This document shows positions 46,002-54,867 of a stretch of 64,000 nt of DNA, in pieces (the first letter of the stretch is position 1; each line of letters begins with the position of its first letter). Under the pieces are notes generated by a model. That model was not told where the DNA came from and searched no databases. It saw only the letters and a list, made by a program, of their open reading frames with translations. The position numbers and the translations under genes were made by a program. This DNA comes from Candidatus Iainarchaeum sp. (lineage in GTDB: Archaea; Iainarchaeota; Iainarchaeia; Iainarchaeales; DTGL01), in contig JAOAJX010000002.1 of NCBI GenBank assembly GCA_026413945.1, forward strand, positions 118,782-182,781. The letters are read 5' to 3'.

Positions 46002-46541
46002 TGATTTTTGTGATCTATTTTCTATTCTGAGATACTTTTTGTGGCATTGCCTTATCCTTGCAACGGCCACTTTTTTTGGTCTAAAGCCCTTAACTTTAAC
46101 CCATTTCTTTGGCTCAAGCTCTTTGTATTTCTCGAAGAAGTGCGATATTCTTTTCTTTAGATGGTCATCAAGATCAGATATATCTTTTATTTTTTCGTAA
46201 GTTGGATCTATTTTGCTTATTGGAACAGCAATTATTTTATTGTCAAGACCATTTTCATCTTCAGTTACAAGGACCCCAATAGGCCTTACTCTTATTACAC
46301 AGCCAGGCATAATAATTTCCTCGCATATGACCATAATGTCTATTGGATCATTGTCGTTCTCAAGGGTTTCTGGTATAAATCCATAATTAAATGGATAAGT
46401 CATAGCAGTGTAAAGGAATCTGCTAACAGACATTATACCGCTTTTCTTGTGAACTTCATACTTAACATTGCTGTTTTTTGGTATCTCTATTACAGCATTA
46501 ATCTCATTTGGGGCAGTATTGCCAATGCTATAGCGAGTCAT
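45981..46541 (-). CDS. ppa: Inorganic pyrophosphatase (family I).
   Basis: Active-site motifs (IEIPKNSNVKYEV, YPFNYGFIPETL, DNDPIDIMV). The ORF track extends to 46598. Confidence 0.85.
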   Translation of the reverse strand: MTRYSIGNTAPNEINAVIEIPKNSNVKYEVHKKSGIMSVSRFLYTAMTYPFNYGFIPETLENDNDPIDIMVICEEIIMPGCVIRVRPIGVLVTEDENGLDNKIIAVPISKIDPTYEKIKDISDLDDHLKKRISHFFEKYKELEPKKWVKVKGFRPKKVAVARIRQCHKKYLRIENRSQKSSKMPQI

Positions 46542-46690
46542 AAAACCACTAAACGCTTTATTGCGGTTCTTAGGCCGCCCATCTATCTTCATAGCCAAAG
46601 CTCAGGGTCATCGTCAGATCCTCATCGAACCGCACTAATATATTTGTAGAGTTTTCCTTTAAAGTATATGCGCTTGCATTGCTTTAATAC

Positions 46691-47020
46691 TCATATTTCT
46701 AAGTATTTATTGACGAAGTTAGTCATATTGAGAAAATAGGCCGCTTCTTTGCCGGTCAAGCGACCTTTTGCCAAGAGCATTAGTATTCTTTTTGATTCGT
46801 CTTTAATTCTATCGACCTGCCCACGCTCAAGATAACCTTTAGCTGCAAAACCATCTACAATTCTTAAAAGTAATTTTGCCCTATCTGCAGCCATTTTTTT
46901 AAGTTCTGCTGGCCTCTTAGCAACTGGCCTGAGGCTTGGGAATAAACTTTCCATTCCTGCTGGTTTTTGGTTTGTTCTCTTTTTTAGCCGTTTTTGAGGC
47001 TTTTTAATTGGCTTCGACAT
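46691..47020 (-). CDS. Small basic protein of unknown function; paralog of the gene at 47049-47447.
   Basis: Shares a K-G-[YL]-[LI]...EEA..FL..N.F..KYL pattern with its neighbour. Confidence 0.35.
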   Translation of the reverse strand: MSKPIKKPQKRLKKRTNQKPAGMESLFPSLRPVAKRPAELKKMAADRAKLLLRIVDGFAAKGYLERGQVDRIKDESKRILMLLAKGRLTGKEAAYFLNMTNFVNKYLEI

Positions 47021-47048
47021 ACTAAAATATTTTTAGCATAACTTAAAA

Positions 47049-47447
47049 TCATTTTTGTTTTCTTTGACTCATAAGGAATCGATTTGCGGAATACAAAAAA
47101 CGCATTGCTTCTTCGTTGCTAAGCAATTCATTTCGGTATTTGTGCAAAATGTCATCCATTTCCTTTAAGAGCTTCTCTGCAAGCTCTTTGCTGATAAGGC
47201 CTTTTTCAACAAGGCGCGGAATCATATTTTTTATCCTTATGGCTGTGTTTGCTGCAGCCCTTGTCGGTGTTGTGCGCAAGGGCCTTCTTATTGGTGGCCT
47301 TTCCACAATATGAACTCTTCTATTTACAATAGCACCATTAAAACTATTGGTTCTTTGTGCTGTCTGCAATGATGCTTGTGCAACAGCAGCTAGGCTGCTT
47401 TGAGGCAATCGCCGAGAACCTCGGTAACGCATTCCTGCCATAACCAA
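47049..47447 (-). CDS. Small basic protein of unknown function; paralog of the gene at 46691-47020.
   Basis: Arg/Pro-rich N-terminal half and a conserved C-terminal helical region similar to its neighbour. Confidence 0.35.
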   Translation of the reverse strand: MVMAGMRYRGSRRLPQSSLAAVAQASLQTAQRTNSFNGAIVNRRVHIVERPPIRRPLRTTPTRAAANTAIRIKNMIPRLVEKGLISKELAEKLLKEMDDILHKYRNELLSNEEAMRFLYSANRFLMSQRKQK

Positions 47448-47476
47448 CTAAACGCTTTGAGGTTAATAAATTTTTG

Positions 47477-48172
47477 CTAAACTAGGCCAACTGCCTCTAG
47501 GATGAGTTTTTTTTCTTCTAGATTCCTAAAAACAAAATCTGCACCTGCTGCTTTTAGCTCATCCGCAGAAAAGTCGCCTGTGAGAACACCGCAAGCAATT
47601 GCGCCTACACTCTTCGCAGCAATCATGTCCCTCTGTGTGTCTCCAAAAAGGAAAACCTTTGAATCATTTTTGATCAGTTTTTCTTTCAAGGCTTTTCTGA
47701 TGGCTATTCTAGCAAGTTCGTTTCTTTCCATACTATCAGTTCCAAAAGCACCAAATGAGAAATATTTGGCCAAACCTGCTTTCTTAAGCTTGCCCCAGCC
47801 AATGGGCTCAAGGTTTCCAGTTACGATGGCCAAAAAAACGTCATCTCTGCTAGAAAGAAAATCTAGAAGCTCCTTGGCACCGGGAGTGGGCTTTATAGTA
47901 TCTTTTAAAACATGCTTATTGAACTCCTTGACCATGAACTCAACACATTTAGGGAATTTTGCTTTTATTTCACATTCGCTAAGGCCAACTTTTTTTAATA
48001 CATTTAAAACAATCTGCAGATCCGTCATGCCTCTGTGATCTATTATATCAACAGTTGTTTTCACGCCATAAACTTTTTCAAATGCGCCATGAAAAGCTTT
48101 TCTGTGGACATTTACTCCAAAAGTTAGCGTTTTATCGATATCAAAAAGTAATAGCTTTTTATCGGTCGCCAT
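47477..48172 (-). CDS. HAD-superfamily phosphatase.
   Basis: Motif I (LLLFDIDKTLT), motif II (T) and motif III/IV (K...GDTQRD). Confidence 0.7.
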   Translation of the reverse strand: MATDKKLLLFDIDKTLTFGVNVHRKAFHGAFEKVYGVKTTVDIIDHRGMTDLQIVLNVLKKVGLSECEIKAKFPKCVEFMVKEFNKHVLKDTIKPTPGAKELLDFLSSRDDVFLAIVTGNLEPIGWGKLKKAGLAKYFSFGAFGTDSMERNELARIAIRKALKEKLIKNDSKVFLFGDTQRDMIAAKSVGAIACGVLTGDFSADELKAAGADFVFRNLEEKKLILEAVGLV

Positions 48173-48184
48173 GGTAAGACCACA

Positions 48185-48667
48185 TTAATTCATAATCCAA
48201 ACGTAATAGTTTAAAATCATTGCAAATGTAACCCAAGCAAGATATGGCAAAAGCAGCATGGCTGCCTTAAATGATATCCTTGAAAAAACATTTATTGTCA
48301 GTACTATTGAAAGCCACATAAGTATTATGCAAATAAGCCCTAAAAAAGGCGACTCGAGGCCAAAGAAAAGCAAAGACCATAGAATGTTCAAAAAAAGCTG
48401 AACAGCAAAAACATAAAGAGCCAGTTTAAGCTTTTCTTTTTTTGTGTTTGATTCAAGCACTAAGTAGAGAGATATGCCCATAAGGGTGTAAAGTGTTGAC
48501 CAGGCAGGCCCAAAGACCCAATTGGGCGGTGTAAAAGAGGGTTTTTCAAGGTAAGCGTACCAGCCAGCAATCTGTGGGTAAGTGAATATTGAACCAAAAA
48601 GGCCAGCTAATTGGCACAAAAAAATGCAACCAAAAAGCCTAAGAAATTTTATTTGCCTAAGAGACAT
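48185..48667 (-). CDS. tspO: TspO/MBR tryptophan-rich sensory protein.
   Basis: Five TMs. GWYAYLEKPSFTPPNWVFGPAWSTLYTLMGIS matches the TspO signature. Confidence 0.8.
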   Translation of the reverse strand: MSLRQIKFLRLFGCIFLCQLAGLFGSIFTYPQIAGWYAYLEKPSFTPPNWVFGPAWSTLYTLMGISLYLVLESNTKKEKLKLALYVFAVQLFLNILWSLLFFGLESPFLGLICIILMWLSIVLTINVFSRISFKAAMLLLPYLAWVTFAMILNYYVWIMN

Positions 48668-48720
48668 ATTTCAATTTTGTGGTTGATAATAATTTAAAGT
48701 TATGCTGGAAATTTAGATCA

Positions 48721-48933
48721 TTAAAAAGCTCTCTTATGCAGCCTTAGTATCTCCTGCGCTTCTTTTTCACTTAATTTGGCCACAACCATCTTGTATTGCA
48801 CGAGCACCCAGTCACCTATCTTTGCCTTAGCCATTGTGTTATCCGCTTCCCTCTTTTCATTTCCGTAATCAACTAAAGCTCTTTTTCCTTTCTGGCTCAG
48901 GGCTACAACACGACCTGGATATGCAAGGCACAA
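48721..48933 (-). CDS. hypC: Hydrogenase assembly chaperone HypC/HupF.
   Basis: MCLAYPGRVVAL N-terminus (with Cys2) and ~70 aa overall. Confidence 0.7.
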   Translation of the reverse strand: MCLAYPGRVVALSQKGKRALVDYGNEKREADNTMAKAKIGDWVLVQYKMVVAKLSEKEAQEILRLHKRAF

Positions 48934-48997
48934 TTAAACCACTTATATTGCAATATACAAATTTGTTTTTAATATTTGCCATTTATTATTGGTTTTT

Positions 48998-49903
48998 ATG
49001 TTAGTGCTTATAAGAGGACTAATAGAGCTTATGAGGCCACTGGAATGGAGCAAATCATTAGGCAACATGATCGTGGCTATTGTGTTCGCTGGCTTCCTTT
49101 ACAATATAAGTTTTGATTTCATTTTATTTGCTAAAGGAGCTATCGCTCTATTTTTTTTCTGGTCTGGTCTTTATGCATTGAATGATTACACTGACAGGCA
49201 TGATGATGCATCACATCCTTTTAAGAAACACAGGCCAATACCTTCAGGAAAAGTTAGTGCAAACTTTGCTTTATTGTTTTCTATATTGCTTATAGTCGCT
49301 GCTTTTGCAATTGCAATAACAATAAACAATCTTCTAGCAATATGCCTAAGCGCCATGTTGATAAACCATTTGCTTTACACGATGAGGCCATTTGAATTCA
49401 AGAGAAGAGCTTTTGTTGATCTAATATCCGGCTCACTAATAAATCCTCTTTTTCGGTTTTATTCTGGCTGGGTGCTCTTTGTGCCTAACTTAAGTGCACC
49501 ACTTTTGCCATTAATAATGATTACGAGTTTTCAGTTTGGCGGATACGGTATTTATAGAATGATGTCTGCTAGTTTTGAAGAACAAAAAGGCTACAAAAGT
49601 ACCATAGTGCTTTTTGGTCCAAAAATAAAAAAGCTTTTTTACGCAAGCATAGTTGTTGGCGGCATAACATATTTTTTGGCATGTTTTAATAGCGTAATAG
49701 GTATTAAAGAGCTTGGATTTCTACCTATGCGCTACCTTTGGCTGGTAATATGCTCTTTGCCATTATTACCATTATACAGGCCAGTCCTAAAAAAACCTGA
49801 CAATGTAAAAACAGAAAAAAGCCACAAGAGAATATATCTTTTACTTTATTTGCATACCTTTGCCTTTTTCATTGCATTTTTCCTTTTATACTTGCTATTC
49901 TGA
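48998..49903 (+). CDS. UbiA-family prenyltransferase.
   Basis: Polytopic, with the aspartate-rich motif NDYTDRHDD. Confidence 0.7.
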   Translation: MLVLIRGLIELMRPLEWSKSLGNMIVAIVFAGFLYNISFDFILFAKGAIALFFFWSGLYALNDYTDRHDDASHPFKKHRPIPSGKVSANFALLFSILLIVAAFAIAITINNLLAICLSAMLINHLLYTMRPFEFKRRAFVDLISGSLINPLFRFYSGWVLFVPNLSAPLLPLIMITSFQFGGYGIYRMMSASFEEQKGYKSTIVLFGPKIKKLFYASIVVGGITYFLACFNSVIGIKELGFLPMRYLWLVICSLPLLPLYRPVLKKPDNVKTEKSHKRIYLLLYLHTFAFFIAFFLLYLLF

Positions 49904-50153
49904 AAAAATTCGAAAAAGTTGTAAATATCTGTGGCTATGCCTTTGCCAGCACATGTATTACTTGACAAGAAATTGGTTTTACTTTGCCCTTTCTCTCAAG
50001 TAGCGGTGCTTACGCCTTCTCCGCCTATATTTTTTCTTTATCCACTTCCACCTTTGCTGGGCACGGCTTTTCTTAAAGCGCGAACTATCCTTAGAACGGG
50101 TTCCCAAGATATCACCACAGAAATTTGCAAATTTTGCTATAGAATAAATATGA

Positions 50154-50504
50154 CTATGTTTCATTTAAAAATTTATTTGCTTGGGCTTTTTTGGCCTTTG
50201 AGCTGAAAACCGCGTTGCAATTATCAAGTTCCGACTCCAATTGGTTGAATTCATTTAGGAAAAGTACGAGTTGCTTAAGCCAATCTTCACAGATTAAATA
50301 ACAGCCATTTACTTGGACTATAAGGCCTGCCTTTTCAAGCTCAAAAAGGGCTTTTTGAACCTTTTCAGCACTAATTCTTTCTAAATACCTCGGAATATTT
50401 TTGGCAATAGAATGGGGGTTCATTGCGTTTGCTTTGGAAAGCAAAACTAAAATCTCCCTATAAGGAGTAACTGTTGTGTAGTAAAGATAACCCATATCCG
50501 ACAT
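50154..50504 (-). CDS. Small winged-helix DNA-binding protein (hypothetical).
   Basis: A 116-aa ORF with an HTH-like central segment. Confidence 0.3.
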   Translation of the reverse strand: MSDMGYLYYTTVTPYREILVLLSKANAMNPHSIAKNIPRYLERISAEKVQKALFELEKAGLIVQVNGCYLICEDWLKQLVLFLNEFNQLESELDNCNAVFSSKAKKAQANKFLNET

Positions 50505-50570
50505 TCAAAATAAATAGGACTCACTCATATTTAAATCTAATGTTGAGCATTTTCTGTTTAATTTTGGATT

Positions 50571-50645
50571 GGGGCTGCTGGGATTTGAACCCAGGTTGCC
50601 AGCACCCCAAGCTGGAGTGATAGACCAGTCTACACTACAGCCCCT
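50571..50645 (-). tRNA. tRNA-Pro (anticodon GGG).
   Basis: Reverse complement: acceptor GGGGCTG/CAGCCCC, anticodon stem-loop CCAGC-TTGGGGT-GCTGG, and T-arm CTGGGTTCAAATCCCAG. Confidence 0.8.
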
Positions 50646-50711
50646 TTTCTAACAAAATAGGCACCCCAAAGAAATATAAAGGTTGAAGACATTCAATTTA
50701 TTTGCGATATT

Positions 50712-51272
50712 ATGGAAGAAAATAGGGCAATAATAAGAAGTATAGATGCGATTGTTTTTGCTTTTAAGAAAAATAGGGCAATGGAGTTAAGGATTCTTGC
50801 AAACAATACAGTAATCAGCGCAGTAAAGCAGAATAGCAAAATTTTTGCAGAGTTAAGTGTAGTCGCTTATGTTTTGCACAAAATACTTACTAAAGAGCAC
50901 ATTGCGAAAGCACGTTCTTGGCCAAGAAACAGGGCAAGAATACTTTCAAATCTCGACCGGCTGGCGCTTTACCTAAAAAGGGATGATATTGATAGATTTG
51001 AAGGTGCTATTAATTCAATCCACTCTGATATTGACAAAATAGACAATTACTTTGGAAGATTTGTGCAAAGCACAGTTGATAAAGCAAGGATAAAGCATGC
51101 TGCTGATGCGTATTTCCTAGGGGCTTCTCTTGGGCAAGCATCAGAGTTGTTTGGTGCTGATAAAAAAACCCTTTTGGAATATATTGGTGCAACAAAGTTC
51201 TACGATAAGGAAAAGCCGCTCAAAGGCATAGGTGAAAGATTAAGCAAGTTAAAGGAAGCTATTGGTGTTTGA
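50712..51272 (+). CDS. Hypothetical protein.
   Basis: 186 aa. Its stop overlaps the start of the next gene (TGAATG). Confidence 0.35.
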   Translation: MEENRAIIRSIDAIVFAFKKNRAMELRILANNTVISAVKQNSKIFAELSVVAYVLHKILTKEHIAKARSWPRNRARILSNLDRLALYLKRDDIDRFEGAINSIHSDIDKIDNYFGRFVQSTVDKARIKHAADAYFLGASLGQASELFGADKKTLLEYIGATKFYDKEKPLKGIGERLSKLKEAIGV

Positions 51273-51953
51273 ATGAAAGGAATTCTTGCTGTGGATTCTG
51301 GCACACTCATTTCAATTTCAAGTTCTTGCTTGTTCGAGGTTATTGGAAAACTCTCTGAACAAGGCCTAAATTTCGTGGTATCAGAATCGGTTATCCGTGA
51401 AAGCATTTCTTATCCAATTAAGGTAAAAAGGTTTGAACTAAACGCGTTGAGGATAAGCGCTGGCTTAAAAAAAGGTTGGCTAAAGGCGGTTGCTTTGGAT
51501 GATAAACATACTGACTTAAAAAGAAGGATACTTGAAACAGCTAACAGCTGCTATTACTCAAGAAGTGGAAGCATTAAGATAATTCAAGACGGTGAAGCTG
51601 AAACGATGGCCCTAGCAAAAATGGTTTCTGCAAATGCAATAATTACAGATGAAAGAACAATGAGGATGCTTGTTGAGGACGCATATGGGCTCAGGTTACT
51701 TTTGCAGAAAAGGCGCGGGGAAAAAATAAAGATAAATTCTGAATTAGCAGAGTTTTTCAGAAAAGAATTCGGCAAATTATTAATAGCAAGATCAGCTGAA
51801 ATAATTGCGCTTGCATACGAAATAGGGCTTCTAGAAGATATTGTTGGAAAAGTACCGAAGCTGCTTGAGGCCTCTCTTTATGCATTAAAATATGCTGGGT
51901 GTGCGTTAAGCTCAGAGGAAATTGAAAGTTTTTTAGAGCAAAATAAGATTTGA
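51273..51953 (+). CDS. Hypothetical protein, possibly with a PIN-like nuclease fold.
   Basis: Conserved acidic positions (AVDSG..., ITDERT) loosely resemble a PIN domain. This is weak. Confidence 0.25.
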   Translation: MKGILAVDSGTLISISSSCLFEVIGKLSEQGLNFVVSESVIRESISYPIKVKRFELNALRISAGLKKGWLKAVALDDKHTDLKRRILETANSCYYSRSGSIKIIQDGEAETMALAKMVSANAIITDERTMRMLVEDAYGLRLLLQKRRGEKIKINSELAEFFRKEFGKLLIARSAEIIALAYEIGLLEDIVGKVPKLLEASLYALKYAGCALSSEEIESFLEQNKI

Positions 51954-51972
51954 CAAAAAAACACTTATTATA

Positions 51973-54459
51973 TTATTTTATGTTAAAAAGCTTCTCAACC
52001 ACTGCCAATGCAACATATGGTTTATAGCCTTCTTCTACAAGTGCCCTATAAACTTCTCCTGGTTTATATGATTTGCTTGCTGGCTCAAGTATATTACAAA
52101 GCTTTCTTATAAGTTCCTGTTCTTCTTTGCTGTAAAGCTTGCTTTCGTCTTCTGAAGCTTTAGCAACCCCGCCTGCAAAAACTGCAGCTCTTTTCACAAA
52201 TTCTCTTATTTCCTCTTTGGGCTTGGTTAATTCCTTTTCGATCTTTGCTTCACTCTTTGGCTTAATTTCCTGACTACCAATAGCAACCTGCGTTTGATTA
52301 GAAATACGCTCTTTTGGACTTTCCACTCTTTTCTCTGGAACGAGAGGAACAATTTCTTCAGGAATGTTAAGATCTTCGGCACTTGAAACTGGTGGTTTTG
52401 GCCATTCTGGCACTATTAATTGTTGTTGCACTGGCGTGTATGGTTCTTTCTTTGGCATTTTCTGGTAGTAATCATTAACGGGGGCTTTAAATGTTGGTTT
52501 TTCCATTTGCTGTGTAGTCTGATTGGCTGCAAATTCTTGCATTTTCTGGCCTTTTGGCGACCTTGGGATTTTGCTTTTAAGTTTACTAAAAAATGAGTAA
52601 TTCGCAGTGCTGAGCTCTTTCTCAATTGCATCCATCTCATTTTGAAGAACCAGCATCCTGCTCTTGTACTCATCGATTGAGATTCTTCTTGAGAACAGAG
52701 CAGATTGGGTTGCTTGCATTTCTGACTCGATTTCTGAAAGCCGCTTAACAAGGGTGCTTTTGTTTTCTTTGTTTTGTCTAACACGTTTTAATAGCAAATT
52801 GAAGCCAACGATAAAAATAGTAATAATAGTTAGAACTAAACCTAAAAGCAGCAAATTCAATGGCTCCTCAATTTCGGCAATTATTTCAGAAGAGCCGCTA
52901 AAAGGCTCTTTAAGCTCTAACTTTAATGTGTGTTTTCCAGCTAATTTCTCGGGGAAAACGTAATAGTAATAACCCTTATTATAATCCTTTTTAAGTCTTA
53001 TTTCTTGTGACTTTTGGTCTATGGACAAAATTGCCTTAATTTCATCAACATTAACCAACGATTCATCTGAATACCTTAGGTTAACCAAAAGCTTGTTTTC
53101 TTGAGAAAGGGTTACTTTCTTATTTTCAGCGGGATAAATAAAAGATATCCCAAGGGTGCCTGTAACTGTTATTCTAAAAGTTTCAACATCGGCATAAACC
53201 AAGCCGTTGAGATCTGCCAAAGCATATAATTTTGCCTCAGCATTTCTTATCTCTCGCTTTGGGACATCGAATGAAAGCACAAAAAGGTTGCCTTCAGAAC
53301 GCAATTTTTGATTTATATCCAAGGCCGGAATTGTTAAAAAAACATCCACGCTTTGATTTGGAATTCCAGTATCATTCTTTAAAAGAGCCTCAAAGGTTAG
53401 GTTCTGGAAAAAGCCGAAGGAATTTTCAGCTGTTTGGGAAGGTCTCTTTAGTGTAAGGTCAAATGATGGGTTATCCTTGAGTATGTTTATTTTTTGATCT
53501 GGGATGTTCAATTTATTTCCATAAAAGTCTTCACCATAAAATGAGAGAGAAATTTGGCCATCTTTTTTCTCGTAATCATTAAGTGTGAAAAAGTAATTGA
53601 AGTCGGTGTAAAAACATTTTCCATCATATAAGGCCTGTTGTTTTTTCAGAAGGTTACCATCCTTTAACAGCTCGACGTAAAAGTTTCCATTGGCAACTTT
53701 AGAGCCGTTTGGATAGGCTAAACAAAAGTTTATCCTACCAAGGTTGTCTGCGATGTAAAACCTTCTCTCCTCTAAAGGATTTTCTGAGAATCTAAGTTCA
53801 AGCGGTGAGAAGTAAAGTGGTATTTTTGCTGTTATCTGTGTTGTTCCGCGCATTGCACTAAAATTAAGAAATTCCACTGCTGAGAAATCGTTCGAGGGTG
53901 TGATTGTTACCTCAAAACCGCTTTCGCTAATAGCTCCTTTCTCTACAGGTCTACTACCCATAAGTATATTGACATCTTTAAGGTACAAGTTTATTGGGTT
54001 GCCGCCAGAATCAAGCACGCTAAGGAAGGCTTTAATAGGCACATCTTTCGTGTTAAAAGAAGTAATATCCTTTGGATGCAACATTACAACTTTTGCTCGG
54101 CCACGCCTTATGTTAAGGGTTGTACTTCTTGAATCAGAACCACTCGGCGTAGTGATTGTTAAGCTTAACGTAAACTTCTGTTCGGCAAGCTTGCTTTCAC
54201 TTATGTAAAAAACATGGTATACAGTGTTAAAATCACCAGAAATGCTTGTGCCATCACCAAAAGACCAAGAGTAGTTTACATCGTCTTTTTCAGTGATGTC
54301 CAAAACAGTAACAGCAGACATAGTAATAAGTTCCCCTTCTTCATAATAATACTTTTTAGGTGATATGTTAAAGTCAATTATTTTTGGTGGAATTGTTTGG
54401 GCAAAAGCGTAGCTAACAAAAAGCACTAAAATTGCTACTATAATTGCTCTGTTCCACAT
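51973..54459 (-). CDS. Large surface protein with a signal peptide, a PKD-like domain, one TM and a cytoplasmic coiled-coil tail with a SHOCT-like motif.
   Basis: An N-terminal signal, the PKD signature (VNYSWSFGDGTS), a TM (LLLLGLVLTIITIFIVGFNLLL), then SALFSRRISIDEYKSRMLVL. Confidence 0.55.
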   Translation of the reverse strand: MWNRAIIVAILVLFVSYAFAQTIPPKIIDFNISPKKYYYEEGELITMSAVTVLDITEKDDVNYSWSFGDGTSISGDFNTVYHVFYISESKLAEQKFTLSLTITTPSGSDSRSTTLNIRRGRAKVVMLHPKDITSFNTKDVPIKAFLSVLDSGGNPINLYLKDVNILMGSRPVEKGAISESGFEVTITPSNDFSAVEFLNFSAMRGTTQITAKIPLYFSPLELRFSENPLEERRFYIADNLGRINFCLAYPNGSKVANGNFYVELLKDGNLLKKQQALYDGKCFYTDFNYFFTLNDYEKKDGQISLSFYGEDFYGNKLNIPDQKINILKDNPSFDLTLKRPSQTAENSFGFFQNLTFEALLKNDTGIPNQSVDVFLTIPALDINQKLRSEGNLFVLSFDVPKREIRNAEAKLYALADLNGLVYADVETFRITVTGTLGISFIYPAENKKVTLSQENKLLVNLRYSDESLVNVDEIKAILSIDQKSQEIRLKKDYNKGYYYYVFPEKLAGKHTLKLELKEPFSGSSEIIAEIEEPLNLLLLGLVLTIITIFIVGFNLLLKRVRQNKENKSTLVKRLSEIESEMQATQSALFSRRISIDEYKSRMLVLQNEMDAIEKELSTANYSFFSKLKSKIPRSPKGQKMQEFAANQTTQQMEKPTFKAPVNDYYQKMPKKEPYTPVQQQLIVPEWPKPPVSSAEDLNIPEEIVPLVPEKRVESPKERISNQTQVAIGSQEIKPKSEAKIEKELTKPKEEIREFVKRAAVFAGGVAKASEDESKLYSKEEQELIRKLCNILEPASKSYKPGEVYRALVEEGYKPYVALAVVEKLFNIK

Positions 54460-54553
54460 ATTCCTAAATCTTTAATATGTTTCTAATTAATAAAGTTTAC
54501 TGAGGTGAAAGTTCTTAAATAATTCTTTAAACAATTTTGCATTAAGAAAGAAG

Positions 54554-54805
54554 TGGGGTCAGCGGGATTTGAACCCGCACTAACAGGTGACTCCCAATAG
54601 AGCTCTTCAGCGGCTTTTTATTTTCTTCAGCTATCGAAAAGAAACCAAACTTTGTTCTTTTAGTCGCGATAGCCAGAGAAAGATTAAAAAAACCATTATA
54701 TGCTCTATTCTCACCTGTGAATCGTCATTGCTTACGCTCCGAGCTCCAATCATAATTAAAAATTTGACTGGAGCCTGCTGGGCTGCCTGGTTACCCCATG
54801 ACCCC
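54554..54805 (-). tRNA. tRNA-Trp (anticodon CCA) with a 179-nt intron (plus-strand 54589-54767).
   Basis: The 5' exon reads GGGGTCA-TG-GGGT-AACCAGGCA-GCCC-A-GCAGG-CTCCAG and the 3' exon reads A-CCTGT-TAGT-GCGGG-TTCAAAT-CCCGC-TGACCCC-A. The halves are separated by 179 nt that contain an AUGACGA (C-box-like) element and two CUGA (D-box-like) elements. Confidence 0.75.
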
Positions 54806-54867
54806 GCCAAATATAATTTGGCAATTTAATGTTTATATACCTTTTTCTTGCACATGGAGGTTTTTAT

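Noticed and set aside
49904-50153. The ORF at 49931-50206 and the gene-free gap.
   Set aside because: The translation is Pro/Leu-rich nonsense with no start context. It is probably just the 3' UTR and terminator region of ubiA and the downstream gene.
54587-54829. An 80-aa ORF on the plus strand.
   Set aside because: It lies on the opposite strand within the intron and exons of the tRNA-Trp gene, and it has no coding features.
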